This document shows positions 18,669 through 27,975 of a DNA stretch of 64,000 nucleotides, piece by piece (within the stretch, counting starts at the first letter, position 1; the number at the start of each line of letters is the position of its first letter). The stretch is taken from positions 12,009 through 76,008 of the forward strand of contig JAHHSC010000001.1 of assembly GCA_020025455.1 (NCBI GenBank). The letters are read 5' to 3'. Below the pieces are notes generated by a model. The model was not told the DNA's origin. It saw only the letters and a program-made list of their open reading frames with translations, and did not search any database. The stretch is from Lawsonibacter sp. (GTDB lineage Bacteria; Bacillota; Clostridia; Oscillospirales; Oscillospiraceae). Both the position numbers and the translations under genes were made by a program.

Positions 18669-20012
18669 TTATTCAGCCTCGGTCTCGGCCTCGGCCTCGT
18701 CAGCCTTCTTGGTGGTCTTTTTGGTGGTCTTCTTCTTGGTCTTGGTGGCCTTAGCCTCGGAAACCAGCAGCTCGTGGGCCTTCTTCTGCAGCAGGCTCTT
18801 CTTCAGGCCCTCAACCTGGACGGCCATCTTGACCTGGTCCAGCTCGATCTTGTACAGATCGGCCAGCTCCTGGTAAGCAGCCTCGTAGTCCTCCTCAGAG
18901 ATCTCGAAGCCCTCAGCCTCCGCGATTGCGTTCAGAGCCAGCTCCTCCTGCAGACGGCGGACAGCGGCAGGCTTGATGGAGGTACGCATCATATCCATAT
19001 TCATGCCCAGCACCTTGCTGTAGTCGTCCATGGAGATGCCCTGCTGCTGCAGACGCATACCGAACTCGTCCAGCTGGCGGTCCGTCTCAGCCTCGACCAT
19101 ACCGTCGGGGATCTCGCACTCCATGCCCTCGATAACCTGATCCATCAGAGAACGCTCAAACTCGCTCTGGGCCTCAGCCTTCTTGCGCTCCAGCAGCTTC
19201 TCCTCCAGGTCCTTGCGGAACTCCTCCAGCGTATCGAACTCAGACACGTCCTTGGCAAACTCATCGTCCACCTCGGGAGCCTGAGACTCCTTGACTTCGT
19301 TGACCTTCACGTGGAATACAACCGCCTTGCCGGCCAGATCGGGGTGATACTCCTCAGGGAAGGTGATGTCCAGATCCTTCTCCTCGCCAGCCTTCACACC
19401 GACAAGCTGCTCCTCAAAACCGGGAACGAAGGAACCGGAGCCCAGCTTCAGGTCGTAGTTCTCACCCTTGCCGCCCTCGAAGGCCACGCCATTGTCGAAG
19501 CCCTCAAAGTCGATGACAACGGTGTCACCCTTCTTGGCTTTGCGCTTGACGCTGACCAGACGGGTAGCACGGTCGATGAAGGGCTTCATCTCGGCGTCCA
19601 CGTCCTTAGCGGTCACCTTGGGCTCCTCGCGATAAGCGGAGATTCCCTTATAGGCACCCAGCTTCACCTCGGGGCGAACGGGAACCAGAGCGGTGAACAC
19701 CAGGCCCTCCTTGCCAACGCTGACGATGTCCATCTTGGGGTAGCCAACGCTGTCCAGCTTCTGCTCAGCAACGGCCTCGTCATAAGCGGCGGGGTACACG
19801 TCGTTGATCGCATCCTCATAGAACACGCCGGTGCCGTACATGTTCTCAACGATCTTGCGGGGGGCCTTGCCCTTGCGGAAACCGGGAACATTGATCTTGG
19901 TGCGGTTCTTCAGATAAGCCTTCTGAACGGCAGCCTCAAACTCTTCGGCGGAGACCTCGATGGTCAGCTCCACCGTGCTCTTTTCTTTCTTCTCAACACT
20001 GGTGACCTTCAT
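18669..20012 (-). CDS. tig: Trigger factor
   Basis: VPGFRKGKAP signature, FKBP domain; promoter TGGTCA-17-TAAAAT at 20090-20118. Confidence 0.97.
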   Translation of the reverse strand: MKVTSVEKKEKSTVELTIEVSAEEFEAAVQKAYLKNRTKINVPGFRKGKAPRKIVENMYGTGVFYEDAINDVYPAAYDEAVAEQKLDSVGYPKMDIVSVGKEGLVFTALVPVRPEVKLGAYKGISAYREEPKVTAKDVDAEMKPFIDRATRLVSVKRKAKKGDTVVIDFEGFDNGVAFEGGKGENYDLKLGSGSFVPGFEEQLVGVKAGEEKDLDITFPEEYHPDLAGKAVVFHVKVNEVKESQAPEVDDEFAKDVSEFDTLEEFRKDLEEKLLERKKAEAQSEFERSLMDQVIEGMECEIPDGMVEAETDRQLDEFGMRLQQQGISMDDYSKVLGMNMDMMRTSIKPAAVRRLQEELALNAIAEAEGFEISEEDYEAAYQELADLYKIELDQVKMAVQVEGLKKSLLQKKAHELLVSEAKATKTKKKTTKKTTKKADEAEAETEAE

Positions 20013-20150
20013 ATGTCAATTTCCTCCTGTCAGCGCTTTACTGCCGGATAGACAAGGCAGGAAGTGCGCTTTTATACTTTCGCCACGATATTTTACCAGA
20101 AAACTTCTCATTTGACCAGACCAATTTTCAGAATTTTTCAGAAATTTTTG

Positions 20151-20837
20151 TCAATCCAGAATTTTTTCCGGGCGAAATCCTAAATAGTCGGCTGAAATCA
20201 GTCTGTACTCCACGCTTCCCCGTCTGCCCGACACCGCATTTTTATGGCTTCCGCCATGCAGATGGCCGTAGCAGCAGCAGGTCACATGGTACCGCTCCAG
20301 CAGATTGATAATTTCTTCACAGCGGTAGCCCCGGTAGATGGGCGGATAGTGCAGGAAACAGTATTTCTCGCACTCCCCCGCTGCCTTCAGAGAGGTCTCC
20401 AACCGAATCAATTCCCGGTTGAAAATCTTTGCACTGTGCTCTCCCCTGTCCACCTCATAGAACCAGCCACGGGTCCCGCACAGGGCAATGTCCCCATAGA
20501 ACTTGCAGTTATTATGAAGCAGATCAAAGGTGTCAAAGCCGTTTTCCTCAAAAAACTTCCGCATTTTGGCCGCCGTGGTCCACCAGTAATCGTGGTTTCC
20601 CTTCATCAGCAGCTTCCGTCCGGGCAGTGCATTCAAGAAAGCCAGATCCTCCTTGGCCTCCTCCAGACTCATACCCCAGGAAAGATCGCCGCAGAGCACG
20701 ACGGTATCCTCGGGTTTTACCTCCTCAAACCCTTGCATCAGCTTGTCCACATAGCCGATCCAGCCGCCGCCGAACACGTCCATGGGCTTATTGCTGTGCA
20801 GGGAAAGGTGCGTATCTCCAATGGCGTACAGAGCCAT
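20151..20837 (-). CDS. Calcineurin-like metallophosphoesterase
   Basis: DTH, GD, GNHD, HYPP and GHLH motifs. Confidence 0.88.
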   Translation of the reverse strand: MALYAIGDTHLSLHSNKPMDVFGGGWIGYVDKLMQGFEEVKPEDTVVLCGDLSWGMSLEEAKEDLAFLNALPGRKLLMKGNHDYWWTTAAKMRKFFEENGFDTFDLLHNNCKFYGDIALCGTRGWFYEVDRGEHSAKIFNRELIRLETSLKAAGECEKYCFLHYPPIYRGYRCEEIINLLERYHVTCCCYGHLHGGSHKNAVSGRRGSVEYRLISADYLGFRPEKILD

Positions 20838-20840
20838 ACG

Positions 20841-22325
20841 TTACCCCAGCATGGAGCGCACCGCGTCTACCATGTTCTCTTTATTCACCGACTGGGTGAA
20901 GCGCACCTGCTTATCACGCAGGCCCGCCAGAGGTGCGGGAGCAGGAATCCCGGTTTTCGCGGTGAGCTGGTCAAGGGCATCCAGACCCTCGGCAACCGTT
21001 TTCTCCCCCAGAGCCTCCAGAACGCTGCTGGAGAATTTGAAGGGGCTGGCGGTGGAAACCACCAGACAAGCAGTCTCATCCTTCGTCTCGCTGCGGTACT
21101 GCTCCAGGGCAGAGAAGGCAACGGCGGTATGAGGATCAATCAGATACTGGTATTCCTTGTAGACGCGGTCGATGACACGGCGTGTCTCATCATCGTCACA
21201 GCAGTAGCCGGCAAAATGCTTCTGCAGTTTTTCCAGCGCTCTGCCGGAAACCCGATAGCTGCCAGTGGCATTGAGCTGGTCCATGTACCCCTTCACTTCC
21301 TCCACATCCTTGGTCAGCGTCAGCAGAAGCCGCTCCAGATTGGAGGAGATCAAAATATCCATCGAGGGTGAGATCGTATTAAAGAAGGTACGGTTCCGGT
21401 CGTAGTGTCCGGTACGGATAAAGTCCGTGAGGACATTATTGCTGTTAGAAGCGCAGATCAGCTTTTCAATGGGCACACCCATCTCTCTGGCATAAGAGGC
21501 CGCCAGGATATTGCCGAAGTTCCCGGTGGGTACACAGACATTGATGGCCTGGCCGGGCTGGACCTTGCCGTCCCGCAGCAGGTCACAGTAGGCCGACACA
21601 TAGTAGACAATCTGAGGCAGCACGCGTCCCCAGTTGATGGAGTTGGCGGAGGAGAAGAAATAGCCCTTACCGGCCAATTCCTCCCGAAGTGCCTCGTCAG
21701 AGAACAGGCGCTTCACGCCGGTCTGTGCATCGTCGAAATTACCGTGAACGGCGCACACGCCGACATTGGCGCCCTCCTGCGTGACCATCTGCAGTTCCTG
21801 GACCTGGGATACGCCGTCCTTGGGGTAGAACACCAGGATCTTGGTGCGGTCCACATCCCGGAACCCTTCCAGCGCACCCTTTCCGGTATCGCCGGAGGTG
21901 GCCACCAGGATACAGGCCGTCTTTTGCTCCTCGGTCTTTACCAGGGAGGCGGACAGCAGGTGGGGCAGCATCTGCAAGGCCATATCCTTGAACGCACAGG
22001 TGGGACCATGCCACAGCTCCAGACAGTGGATGTCATCCGTCACCGTGCGGACAGGGGCTACAGCCGGAGTGTCAAACTTGTCCGGGCCATAGGCCGCGTT
22101 GGCAAAGCTCGTCAGTTCCTTTACTGTAAATTCTTCCAGAAACTGCTTCATCACATAAACAGCTCTCTGCTGGTAAGCCATAGCCGCCAGTTCCTCTATG
22201 GCATTTCCAGGCAGCTTCGGGATGTAGTAGGGGGTCAGCAGGCCGCCATCTCTGGAGAGGCCCTGAACAATGGCCTCAGAGGCAGAACACTGCACACACA
22301 TATCTCTGGTACTGATGTACTGCAT
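20841..22325 (-). CDS. thrC: Threonine synthase
   Basis: MQYISTR, LELWHGPTCAFKD, ATSGDTG, SANSINWGR, VPTGNFGN. Confidence 0.96.
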   Translation of the reverse strand: MQYISTRDMCVQCSASEAIVQGLSRDGGLLTPYYIPKLPGNAIEELAAMAYQQRAVYVMKQFLEEFTVKELTSFANAAYGPDKFDTPAVAPVRTVTDDIHCLELWHGPTCAFKDMALQMLPHLLSASLVKTEEQKTACILVATSGDTGKGALEGFRDVDRTKILVFYPKDGVSQVQELQMVTQEGANVGVCAVHGNFDDAQTGVKRLFSDEALREELAGKGYFFSSANSINWGRVLPQIVYYVSAYCDLLRDGKVQPGQAINVCVPTGNFGNILAASYAREMGVPIEKLICASNSNNVLTDFIRTGHYDRNRTFFNTISPSMDILISSNLERLLLTLTKDVEEVKGYMDQLNATGSYRVSGRALEKLQKHFAGYCCDDDETRRVIDRVYKEYQYLIDPHTAVAFSALEQYRSETKDETACLVVSTASPFKFSSSVLEALGEKTVAEGLDALDQLTAKTGIPAPAPLAGLRDKQVRFTQSVNKENMVDAVRSMLG

Positions 22326-22443
22326 GAAAATCCTTCCGATCTGTTTGGATTTACGGACACGGTAAGGAAAGGACCTTTTACGTGCCATTCAAGGCGTATT
22401 GACGGGACTTTTACACGCCCCGAAGAATACACCTTAGTAATTT

Positions 22444-22472
22444 ATTATGCCAGTTTTCGTTCAAAAGGTCAA
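22444..22472 (-). promoter_or_regulatory. Sigma-A promoter of thrC
   Basis: TTGACC-17-CATAAT with extended TG. Confidence 0.75.
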
Positions 22473-22497
22473 GGCGTCCGGCAAAATTCACTCGGTC

Positions 22498-22866
22498 TTA
22501 AAATGCGTTTTTGTGCCAGATCATGTCAGGTTTTGCTGTATCTGTCCCCTGCGGGGCATAGATCTCCACTACATCGAAGCGCGGCTGGAGCTGTGTGGGG
22601 GTCTGGGCCAGGTATAATTCCGCCGTGGTCCGCAGCCGCTTCTGCTTCCGATGGTCTACAAATTCCCCCGCCCGACCGTAAGAATCCGTCCGCCGGAGCT
22701 TCACCTCTACAAAGGCAAGAAAGCCTCTGTCCTCCACAATCAGATCGATCTCACCAAAGCGGCAGGACCAACCGGAGGCCAGTATTTTGCAGTGCTGCTT
22801 CCGCAGATAATCCGCCGCCATGGCCTCCCCCCATCGGCCAAGCAGCCTGCTTCTCTCTCCGCTCAT
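22498..22866 (-). CDS. yraN: YraN family (UPF0102) putative endonuclease
   Basis: GRWGEAMA, GEIDLI, FVEVK, RFDVVEI. Confidence 0.92.
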   Translation of the reverse strand: MSGERSRLLGRWGEAMAADYLRKQHCKILASGWSCRFGEIDLIVEDRGFLAFVEVKLRRTDSYGRAGEFVDHRKQKRLRTTAELYLAQTPTQLQPRFDVVEIYAPQGTDTAKPDMIWHKNAF

Positions 22867-23468
22867 TTCGTTTTCAAAAAAGTCAGGCGATGGATGGGAC
22901 TGGGGCCGTACTGGGCCAGGGCCTCATAATGTGCTTTGGTCCCATACCCCTTATGCTTCTCAAAATGGTACTGCGGGTAGCGCTCTGCCATCTCCATCAT
23001 AAAATGGTCACGGCTCACCTTAGCCAGAATCGAAGCCGCTGCAATAGACGCCGACAAGCTATCTCCCTTTACAATACATTCATGGTCAGTGGTAATGCTT
23101 GCGGTGCGCCCACGGTCCCGGTTCCCATCAATCAGAGCATAGTCTGAAGTGGTGTGCAAACGGTCAATTGCCATCTGCATGGCCTTCATTCTGGCACTGA
23201 GGATGTCGGTGGCATCAATTTCTTTCTCGTCTACCCAAGCCACAGCCCACTCCACCGCTTTTTCCTTTATAATAGGAAAAAGTGCTTCTCGTTTCCGTTC
23301 GGACAGCTTCTTGGAGTCGTTCAGGCCGGGGATTTCCACTCCGAACGGCAGCACAACCGCGGCGGCATAAACCGGTCCGGCCAGTGGTCCGGCGCCCGCC
23401 TCGTCACATCCACAAATTACAGCGTGTCCTTTTTCCCGGGCAGCCTGCTCATAATTCCAGAATTCCAT
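22863..23468 (-). CDS. rnhB: Ribonuclease HII
   Basis: GCDEAGAGPLAGPV, NDSKKLS, KGDSLSASIAAASILAK, HKGYGT. Confidence 0.96.
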   Translation of the reverse strand: MEFWNYEQAAREKGHAVICGCDEAGAGPLAGPVYAAAVVLPFGVEIPGLNDSKKLSERKREALFPIIKEKAVEWAVAWVDEKEIDATDILSARMKAMQMAIDRLHTTSDYALIDGNRDRGRTASITTDHECIVKGDSLSASIAAASILAKVSRDHFMMEMAERYPQYHFEKHKGYGTKAHYEALAQYGPSPIHRLTFLKTK

Positions 23469-23488
23469 TTCCGTTCTCTCCTGCCCGA

Positions 23489-24361
23489 TCAGCCTTCCGG
23501 CACTTCAAGTGTAAAGCGGCCGAGCTTGCCACCTCTGAACTCATCCAGCAGCACCCGTGCCATACGCTCGGTATCAAATTCACCGCCGGAGATACGCATA
23601 CCGCGCCTTTCGGCACAGAGCTCCAACAGACGATACCCATAGGCAACGTCGTTTTCTTCTTCCTCTCGCTGGGGGACCTCCGTGAGCTTATAGTTCATCA
23701 GGGCCGCTGGGTAGCGGTTCGCCAGCAGGGTCATCAGGTGACAGGCCAGTGTCTCCACATCCATGATGTCGTCCTTCACCGCGCCGGTGAAGGCCAGGTG
23801 CAGGCCGGTGGTCTCATCCTCAAACTTAGGCCACAGGATACCGGCGGTATCCATCAGGTCCAGAGACTGATCCACGTTGACCCACTGTTTGCCGCGGGTG
23901 ACGCCGGGGCGGTCACTGGTCTTAGCAGACTTCTTTTTGGCAACCTTGTTGATAAAGGTCGATTTACCCACGTTTGGCACGCCCACTATCATGGCGCGGA
24001 CAGGCCGGCCTACCTGTCCCTTCTCTCTCCACTTCGCGATCTGGTCCTTCAGCACGCCCTGGGCAACCGCGGAAAACTGATTGATTCCCCTGCCCGTCTT
24101 GGCGTCCGTCTCCAGGACAGACCAGCCCTTAGCTCTGAAGTGGTCCCCCCAGGCACGGTTCTGCTTTGGGTCGGCCTGGTCGGCCCGGTTCAGTACAATC
24201 AGCCGGGGCTTGTCGGCGCAGATGCTGTCAATGTCCGGGTTGCGGCTGGAGACCGGGATACGGGCATCGAGGATCTCCACCACAATGTCTACATATTTCA
24301 AGTCGGCCTCGATCTGCCGTCTGGTTTTGGTCATATGACCGGGATACCACTGGATATTCAC
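23489..24361 (-). CDS. ylqF: Ribosome biogenesis GTPase YlqF/RbgA
   Basis: IQWYPGHM, DARIP, GVPNVGKST. Confidence 0.96.
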   Translation of the reverse strand: MNIQWYPGHMTKTRRQIEADLKYVDIVVEILDARIPVSSRNPDIDSICADKPRLIVLNRADQADPKQNRAWGDHFRAKGWSVLETDAKTGRGINQFSAVAQGVLKDQIAKWREKGQVGRPVRAMIVGVPNVGKSTFINKVAKKKSAKTSDRPGVTRGKQWVNVDQSLDLMDTAGILWPKFEDETTGLHLAFTGAVKDDIMDVETLACHLMTLLANRYPAALMNYKLTEVPQREEEENDVAYGYRLLELCAERRGMRISGGEFDTERMARVLLDEFRGGKLGRFTLEVPEG

Positions 24362-24400
24362 GGTTTTTCCTCCTTTTACCTATAAGCTGTCTGGCATACG

Positions 24401-24429
24401 AAAAAAGGAGCGGTAAAACCGCTCCTTTT
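24401..24429 (-). terminator. Intrinsic terminator after rplS
   Basis: AAAAGGAGCGG/CCGCTCCTTTT hairpin. Confidence 0.8.
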
Positions 24430-24436
24430 CTGTGGA

Positions 24437-24778
24437 TTACAGGGCCTCCTTGACCTTGGCTGCCTTGCCCACGCGGTCGCGCAGGTAGTACAGCTTGGCG
24501 CGGCGAACCTTACCATGACGAACAACCTCGACAGAGTCGATGGTGGGGGCGTGGATCGGGAACACCTTCTCCACACCGACGCCGTAGGACATACGACGAA
24601 CGGTGAAGGTCTCCTCAATGCCGCCGTGCTTCTTGGCAATGACGGTACCCTCGAAAACCTGGATACGCTCACGGTTGCCTTCCTTAACCTTCAGGTGCAC
24701 GCGAACGGTGTCGCCGACCAGAACGGCAGGGGCCTCAGCCTTCTTGTACTTCTCGGTAAAAGCCTGCATCAAATCCAT
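24437..24778 (-). CDS. rplS: 50S ribosomal protein L19
   Basis: [33 protein letters not shown]. Confidence 0.98.
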   Translation of the reverse strand: MDLMQAFTEKYKKAEAPAVLVGDTVRVHLKVKEGNRERIQVFEGTVIAKKHGGIEETFTVRRMSYGVGVEKVFPIHAPTIDSVEVVRHGKVRRAKLYYLRDRVGKAAKVKEAL

Positions 24779-24800
24779 TTTATTTTCCTCCTGTTATATA

Positions 24801-24860
24801 GGTGTTCATACGGCTGTATGGGTCTCATTTCTCTGAAAGACCGCCGCAGAGGACCACCCG
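24801..24860 (-). promoter_or_regulatory. L19 leader RNA (ribosomal protein autoregulation)
   Basis: GGTGGTCCTCTGCGGC...GCCGTATGAACACC hairpin between the promoter (TTGCAA-17-TATAAT, 24876-24904) and the rplS SD. Confidence 0.75.
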
Positions 24861-24933
24861 TTTTCAGACCCTGGAATTATATCACAGTTTTCTTCTGCTT
24901 GCAACCATTTATTTGATTTTTTGTGCGGTAAAC

Positions 24934-25731
24934 TCAAAATCCCTGGTAAACCTCCCGGTGGGTCTGGGATATCAGCACCTCCACGTCCGGGAAAGCGGCA
25001 GAAAGCTTCTCTGCCAGCATATGGCACACCACATGCTCGGTGGCATAGTGGCCCGCATCCATCAGCGTAATGCCCAAGCCACGCGCCTCCAGATACTGGT
25101 CGTACTTCACGTCAGCGGTAACGAAGGTGTCACAGCCCGCCGCCACCGCGTCAGCCAGCATAGAGCCGCAGGAGCCGCCGCCCACTGCCACCTTTTCCAC
25201 GTGCCTGCCTCCATCTTCACAGCGGACAGAGGCGGCATGGAGCCGCTCCTTGACATACTGTGCATACTGCGCTGCGTTCATCCCGCTCTGATGTACCAGT
25301 CCAACCCGCCCAATGCCATAAGGATTCCCGTTTTCATCCACCCCATCCGGGTGGAGCTGCCCGATCTGAGTGAGGCCGAGGACATGGGCCAGACAGTCGT
25401 TGACGCCCTCCCGGACTGCGTCCAGGTTGGTGTGGGCACAGATCGCACCGATTTTTGCTTCCGTCAGTGCCAGCAGGATGCGGCCGGTGACCGTCTCATC
25501 CGTAATGGCGCGTGCGGGGTGAAAAATCACCGGATGGTGGGACACGATAAGCTGGCAGCCCAGCTTTTGAGCCTCCTCAACCACAGGTTCCGTCACGTCC
25601 AATGCTACCATGATACGTGAGACGGCGGAATCGGTTCGGCCAACCAGAAACCCGGCATTATCAAAATCCATTTGCAGATGAAACGGGGCCAATTGGTCCA
25701 TGTATCTGTAAACATCGCCGATCACTGCCAT
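24934..25731 (-). CDS. Nif3-like dinuclear metal centre protein (YqfO)
   Basis: DFDNAGFLVG, SHHPVIF, AHTNLD, DAGHYATE; start moved to MAVIGDV. Confidence 0.93.
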   Translation of the reverse strand: MAVIGDVYRYMDQLAPFHLQMDFDNAGFLVGRTDSAVSRIMVALDVTEPVVEEAQKLGCQLIVSHHPVIFHPARAITDETVTGRILLALTEAKIGAICAHTNLDAVREGVNDCLAHVLGLTQIGQLHPDGVDENGNPYGIGRVGLVHQSGMNAAQYAQYVKERLHAASVRCEDGGRHVEKVAVGGGSCGSMLADAVAAGCDTFVTADVKYDQYLEARGLGITLMDAGHYATEHVVCHMLAEKLSAAFPDVEVLISQTHREVYQGF

Positions 25732-26426
25732 GTTTCCCACTCCTTTTTCATATCCACAAGACCGGTTCGGACCTGCTCCAGGGCCACGCGGCGCTGTACC
25801 GCCTGCTCCTGTTTGGACAAAGCCAGCCCGTTCAAGGCTGTGTCCGTCTTGCGAATCCAGCGATCCAGCCAGAGGCCGCGCAGCGCATCCCTGGTATTCC
25901 TCCCTGCCAACCGCTCGGCAGGGCTCAGGGCAGGCATCTCCCCTGCTCCCACCAGAAAAGCGGTGTAGATGGTATCCCCCTCCTGTGCCAGCCGCTCTTC
26001 CCGGATCTCGTACCCGTTGGACATGAGCCACTCACGCAGCTCTGCCATAGTGGACATGGGCTGGAGCACCAGCGGTACGTTCCGCTCTCTGGTCCAGGGT
26101 GCAGCCTTCAAAATGTCCCGGATGGTCTCGCCGCCCATACCGGCGATGACCACCGCGTCCACCTGGTCGGCAGAGATGCCCTTCAATCCATCACACAGGC
26201 AGAAGGAGATCTTCTCCGCTAACTCATACTCCTCCGCCGTCAGCCTGGCCCGCGACAGAGGGCCGGGACGCAGATCTGCCGCCACGGCCGCAGAGATTTT
26301 CCCCTCCAAAAGCAGAGCGGCAGGCAGATATGCATGGTCCGTTCCCACGTCGGCCAGACGGCTACCGCAAGGCACCAGATCCGCCACCATACGAAGGCGT
26401 GGTGACAGCTCGATTACTTTATTCAT
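25722..26426 (-). CDS. trmK: tRNA (adenine22-N1)-methyltransferase
   Basis: LSPRL, ADVGTDHAYLP, IAGMGGETI, LVLQPM. Confidence 0.93.
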   Translation of the reverse strand: MNKVIELSPRLRMVADLVPCGSRLADVGTDHAYLPAALLLEGKISAAVAADLRPGPLSRARLTAEEYELAEKISFCLCDGLKGISADQVDAVVIAGMGGETIRDILKAAPWTRERNVPLVLQPMSTMAELREWLMSNGYEIREERLAQEGDTIYTAFLVGAGEMPALSPAERLAGRNTRDALRGLWLDRWIRKTDTALNGLALSKQEQAVQRRVALEQVRTGLVDMKKEWETWQ

Positions 26427-26505
26427 AGTCTCTTCCTCTCTTTCGGGCTCGTCGTAACTGCCGCAAAAAAAGAAGAGGCAGATTGCTCCGCCTCTGCTTT
26501 TCTTA

Positions 26506-26712
26506 TTACTGCTCGCCGTTGGCGATCATGGCATTGACGCGCTCCAGAAGGGCATCCACATCGAAGCCGTGGACCATGCAGGCCTGCTCCACGGTCTCGC
26601 CGCGGGAGGAGGGGCAGCCCAGACAGTGCATGCCGATGCTGTAAAACAGGGGGGCAGTCTCGGGGGCAATGGTCAGAATATCGCCAATGATCGTATCCTT
26701 GGTAATGGTCAT
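26506..26712 (-). CDS. DUF1858 domain (redox/disulfide-associated) small protein
   Basis: ITKDTIIGDIL...GMHCLGCP..ETVEQACMVHG; SD GGAGG. Confidence 0.85.
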   Translation of the reverse strand: MTITKDTIIGDILTIAPETAPLFYSIGMHCLGCPSSRGETVEQACMVHGFDVDALLERVNAMIANGEQ

Positions 26713-26829
26713 GATAAATTCCTCCATAATCTTTGATATGGGCTTAGTATATCCCATTTTCTGTCGAAATTCAATGGGAAAATTTCCGAAATCACGCTTG
26801 CTATTTCATTTCATTGCAAAAAGTGAATA

Positions 26830-26860
26830 AAAAAGGACGCCCTTCGGGCGCCCTTTTTTC
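26830..26860 (-). terminator. Intrinsic terminator after the zinc-ribbon gene
   Basis: GC-rich hairpin flanked by A and T tracts. Confidence 0.75.
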
Positions 26861-26869
26861 TGGCTGAAA

Positions 26870-27151
26870 TTAGCCGCGCTCCTCGCGCATCTTGGCGAAG
26901 CAGTCGCTGCAGTACACAGGACGATCGGACTTGGGCTCGAAAGGAACCTTAGCCTCACGGCCGCAGGCAGCGCAGGTGGCGGTGAAATACTCACGGGGGC
27001 CACGAGCAGCGTTCTTGCGGGCGTCACGGCAGGCCTTGCAGCGCTGGGGCTCGTTCTGGAAGCCGCGCTCGGCATAGAACTCCTGCTCACCAGCGGTGAA
27101 GGTGAACTCCTGACCACACTCTTTACAAACCAGAATCTTGTCTTCGTACAT
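26870..27151 (-). CDS. Zinc-ribbon / CxxC-x17-CxxC domain protein
   Basis: MYEDKILVCKECG..FTAGEQEFYAERGF..PQRCKAC; second domain CAACG..PVYCSDCF. Confidence 0.9.
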   Translation of the reverse strand: MYEDKILVCKECGQEFTFTAGEQEFYAERGFQNEPQRCKACRDARKNAARGPREYFTATCAACGREAKVPFEPKSDRPVYCSDCFAKMREERG

Positions 27152-27211
27152 AGGACTTTCCCTCTCTTTGACTGTTGCCCGGAAAAACACCGGGCGGACT
27201 AATATTTGCGA

Positions 27212-27850
27212 TCAGCTCTCGCTGATGGCGCCGGATGAAAACTGTCGGGCTACCTTGCGTCGAATCCGCTGGATCGCATTATCCACCGTTTTCTGGGGGC
27301 GTCCCAACTGCCTTGCGATTTCTCCACAGGAGAGACCGTTTAAATAAGGCGGTAAAATTTGCGCTTCGAGCTCAGACAACTGGCCCTTCAGAGCGTCTAA
27401 TCGCTCTTTCAGTTCCTCCCTGTCGATGATGACGTCCTCCGGGCTCTCGACGCTGGAAAACAGGTGCGCGTTGGTTCCATCAAAAAGAGGGGGTTCAAAA
27501 GAGACACTGTGGTTTAGTGGTGCGTGCTTTCCGCCCTGCGCTGCACGGACAGCCGTAATCAGACGACTGCGGATACAAACACCTGCATAGGTGCAAAACG
27601 CCGCGTCCCGCTCCGGGTCAAATCGCCGGATGGCGGTGAGCAGACCAAGCATACCCTCCTGGATCAGATCCTCGCTGTCCCCTCCTGCCAAAAACAGCGG
27701 GCGGGCGCAGGCGCGAACCAGTTGTCCATAGCGTGCGACCAATTCGGTCTCCGCTTGGGGATCGCCGTCTGCCGCTGCGCGGCAAAGCGCTTCATCGGTA
27801 AGGTCAGAAAATCGATTTGATTCTGTGGCACACTTATACCTATTGGACAT
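27212..27850 (-). CDS. sigH: RNA polymerase sigma factor, SigH-like (start uncertain)
   Basis: FLAGGDSEDLIQEGMLGL, KHAPLNHSVS, LSELE and KTVDNAIQRIRRK match SigH signatures. Confidence 0.78.
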   Translation of the reverse strand: MSNRYKCATESNRFSDLTDEALCRAAADGDPQAETELVARYGQLVRACARPLFLAGGDSEDLIQEGMLGLLTAIRRFDPERDAAFCTYAGVCIRSRLITAVRAAQGGKHAPLNHSVSFEPPLFDGTNAHLFSSVESPEDVIIDREELKERLDALKGQLSELEAQILPPYLNGLSCGEIARQLGRPQKTVDNAIQRIRRKVARQFSSGAISES

Positions 27851-27975
27851 GGTAAACAAAAAACACGGATTTGTCAAGCGTTTAATGAAATAATTTTTCC
27901 TATATTCGCCTGACACGCCCTTTTCTCCTAAAAAGTTTTTTCATTCGATGCGTTGCATCGTTTTCTGCGGGTTTT

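Noticed and set aside
16612..20051. Long plus-strand ORFs (438 and 513 aa) opposite clpX/tig, and similar ones at 21405-23147, 32714-34210, 35927-38887, 57558-58844 and 60291-61676
   Set aside because: Antisense shadows of codon-biased real genes; no recognisable motifs or SDs.
24806..26031. Extended 365-aa Nif3 start and small ORFs over the rplS promoter
   Set aside because: The extension overlaps trmK and family similarity begins at MAVIGDV (25731); the small ORFs cover the promoter and leader.
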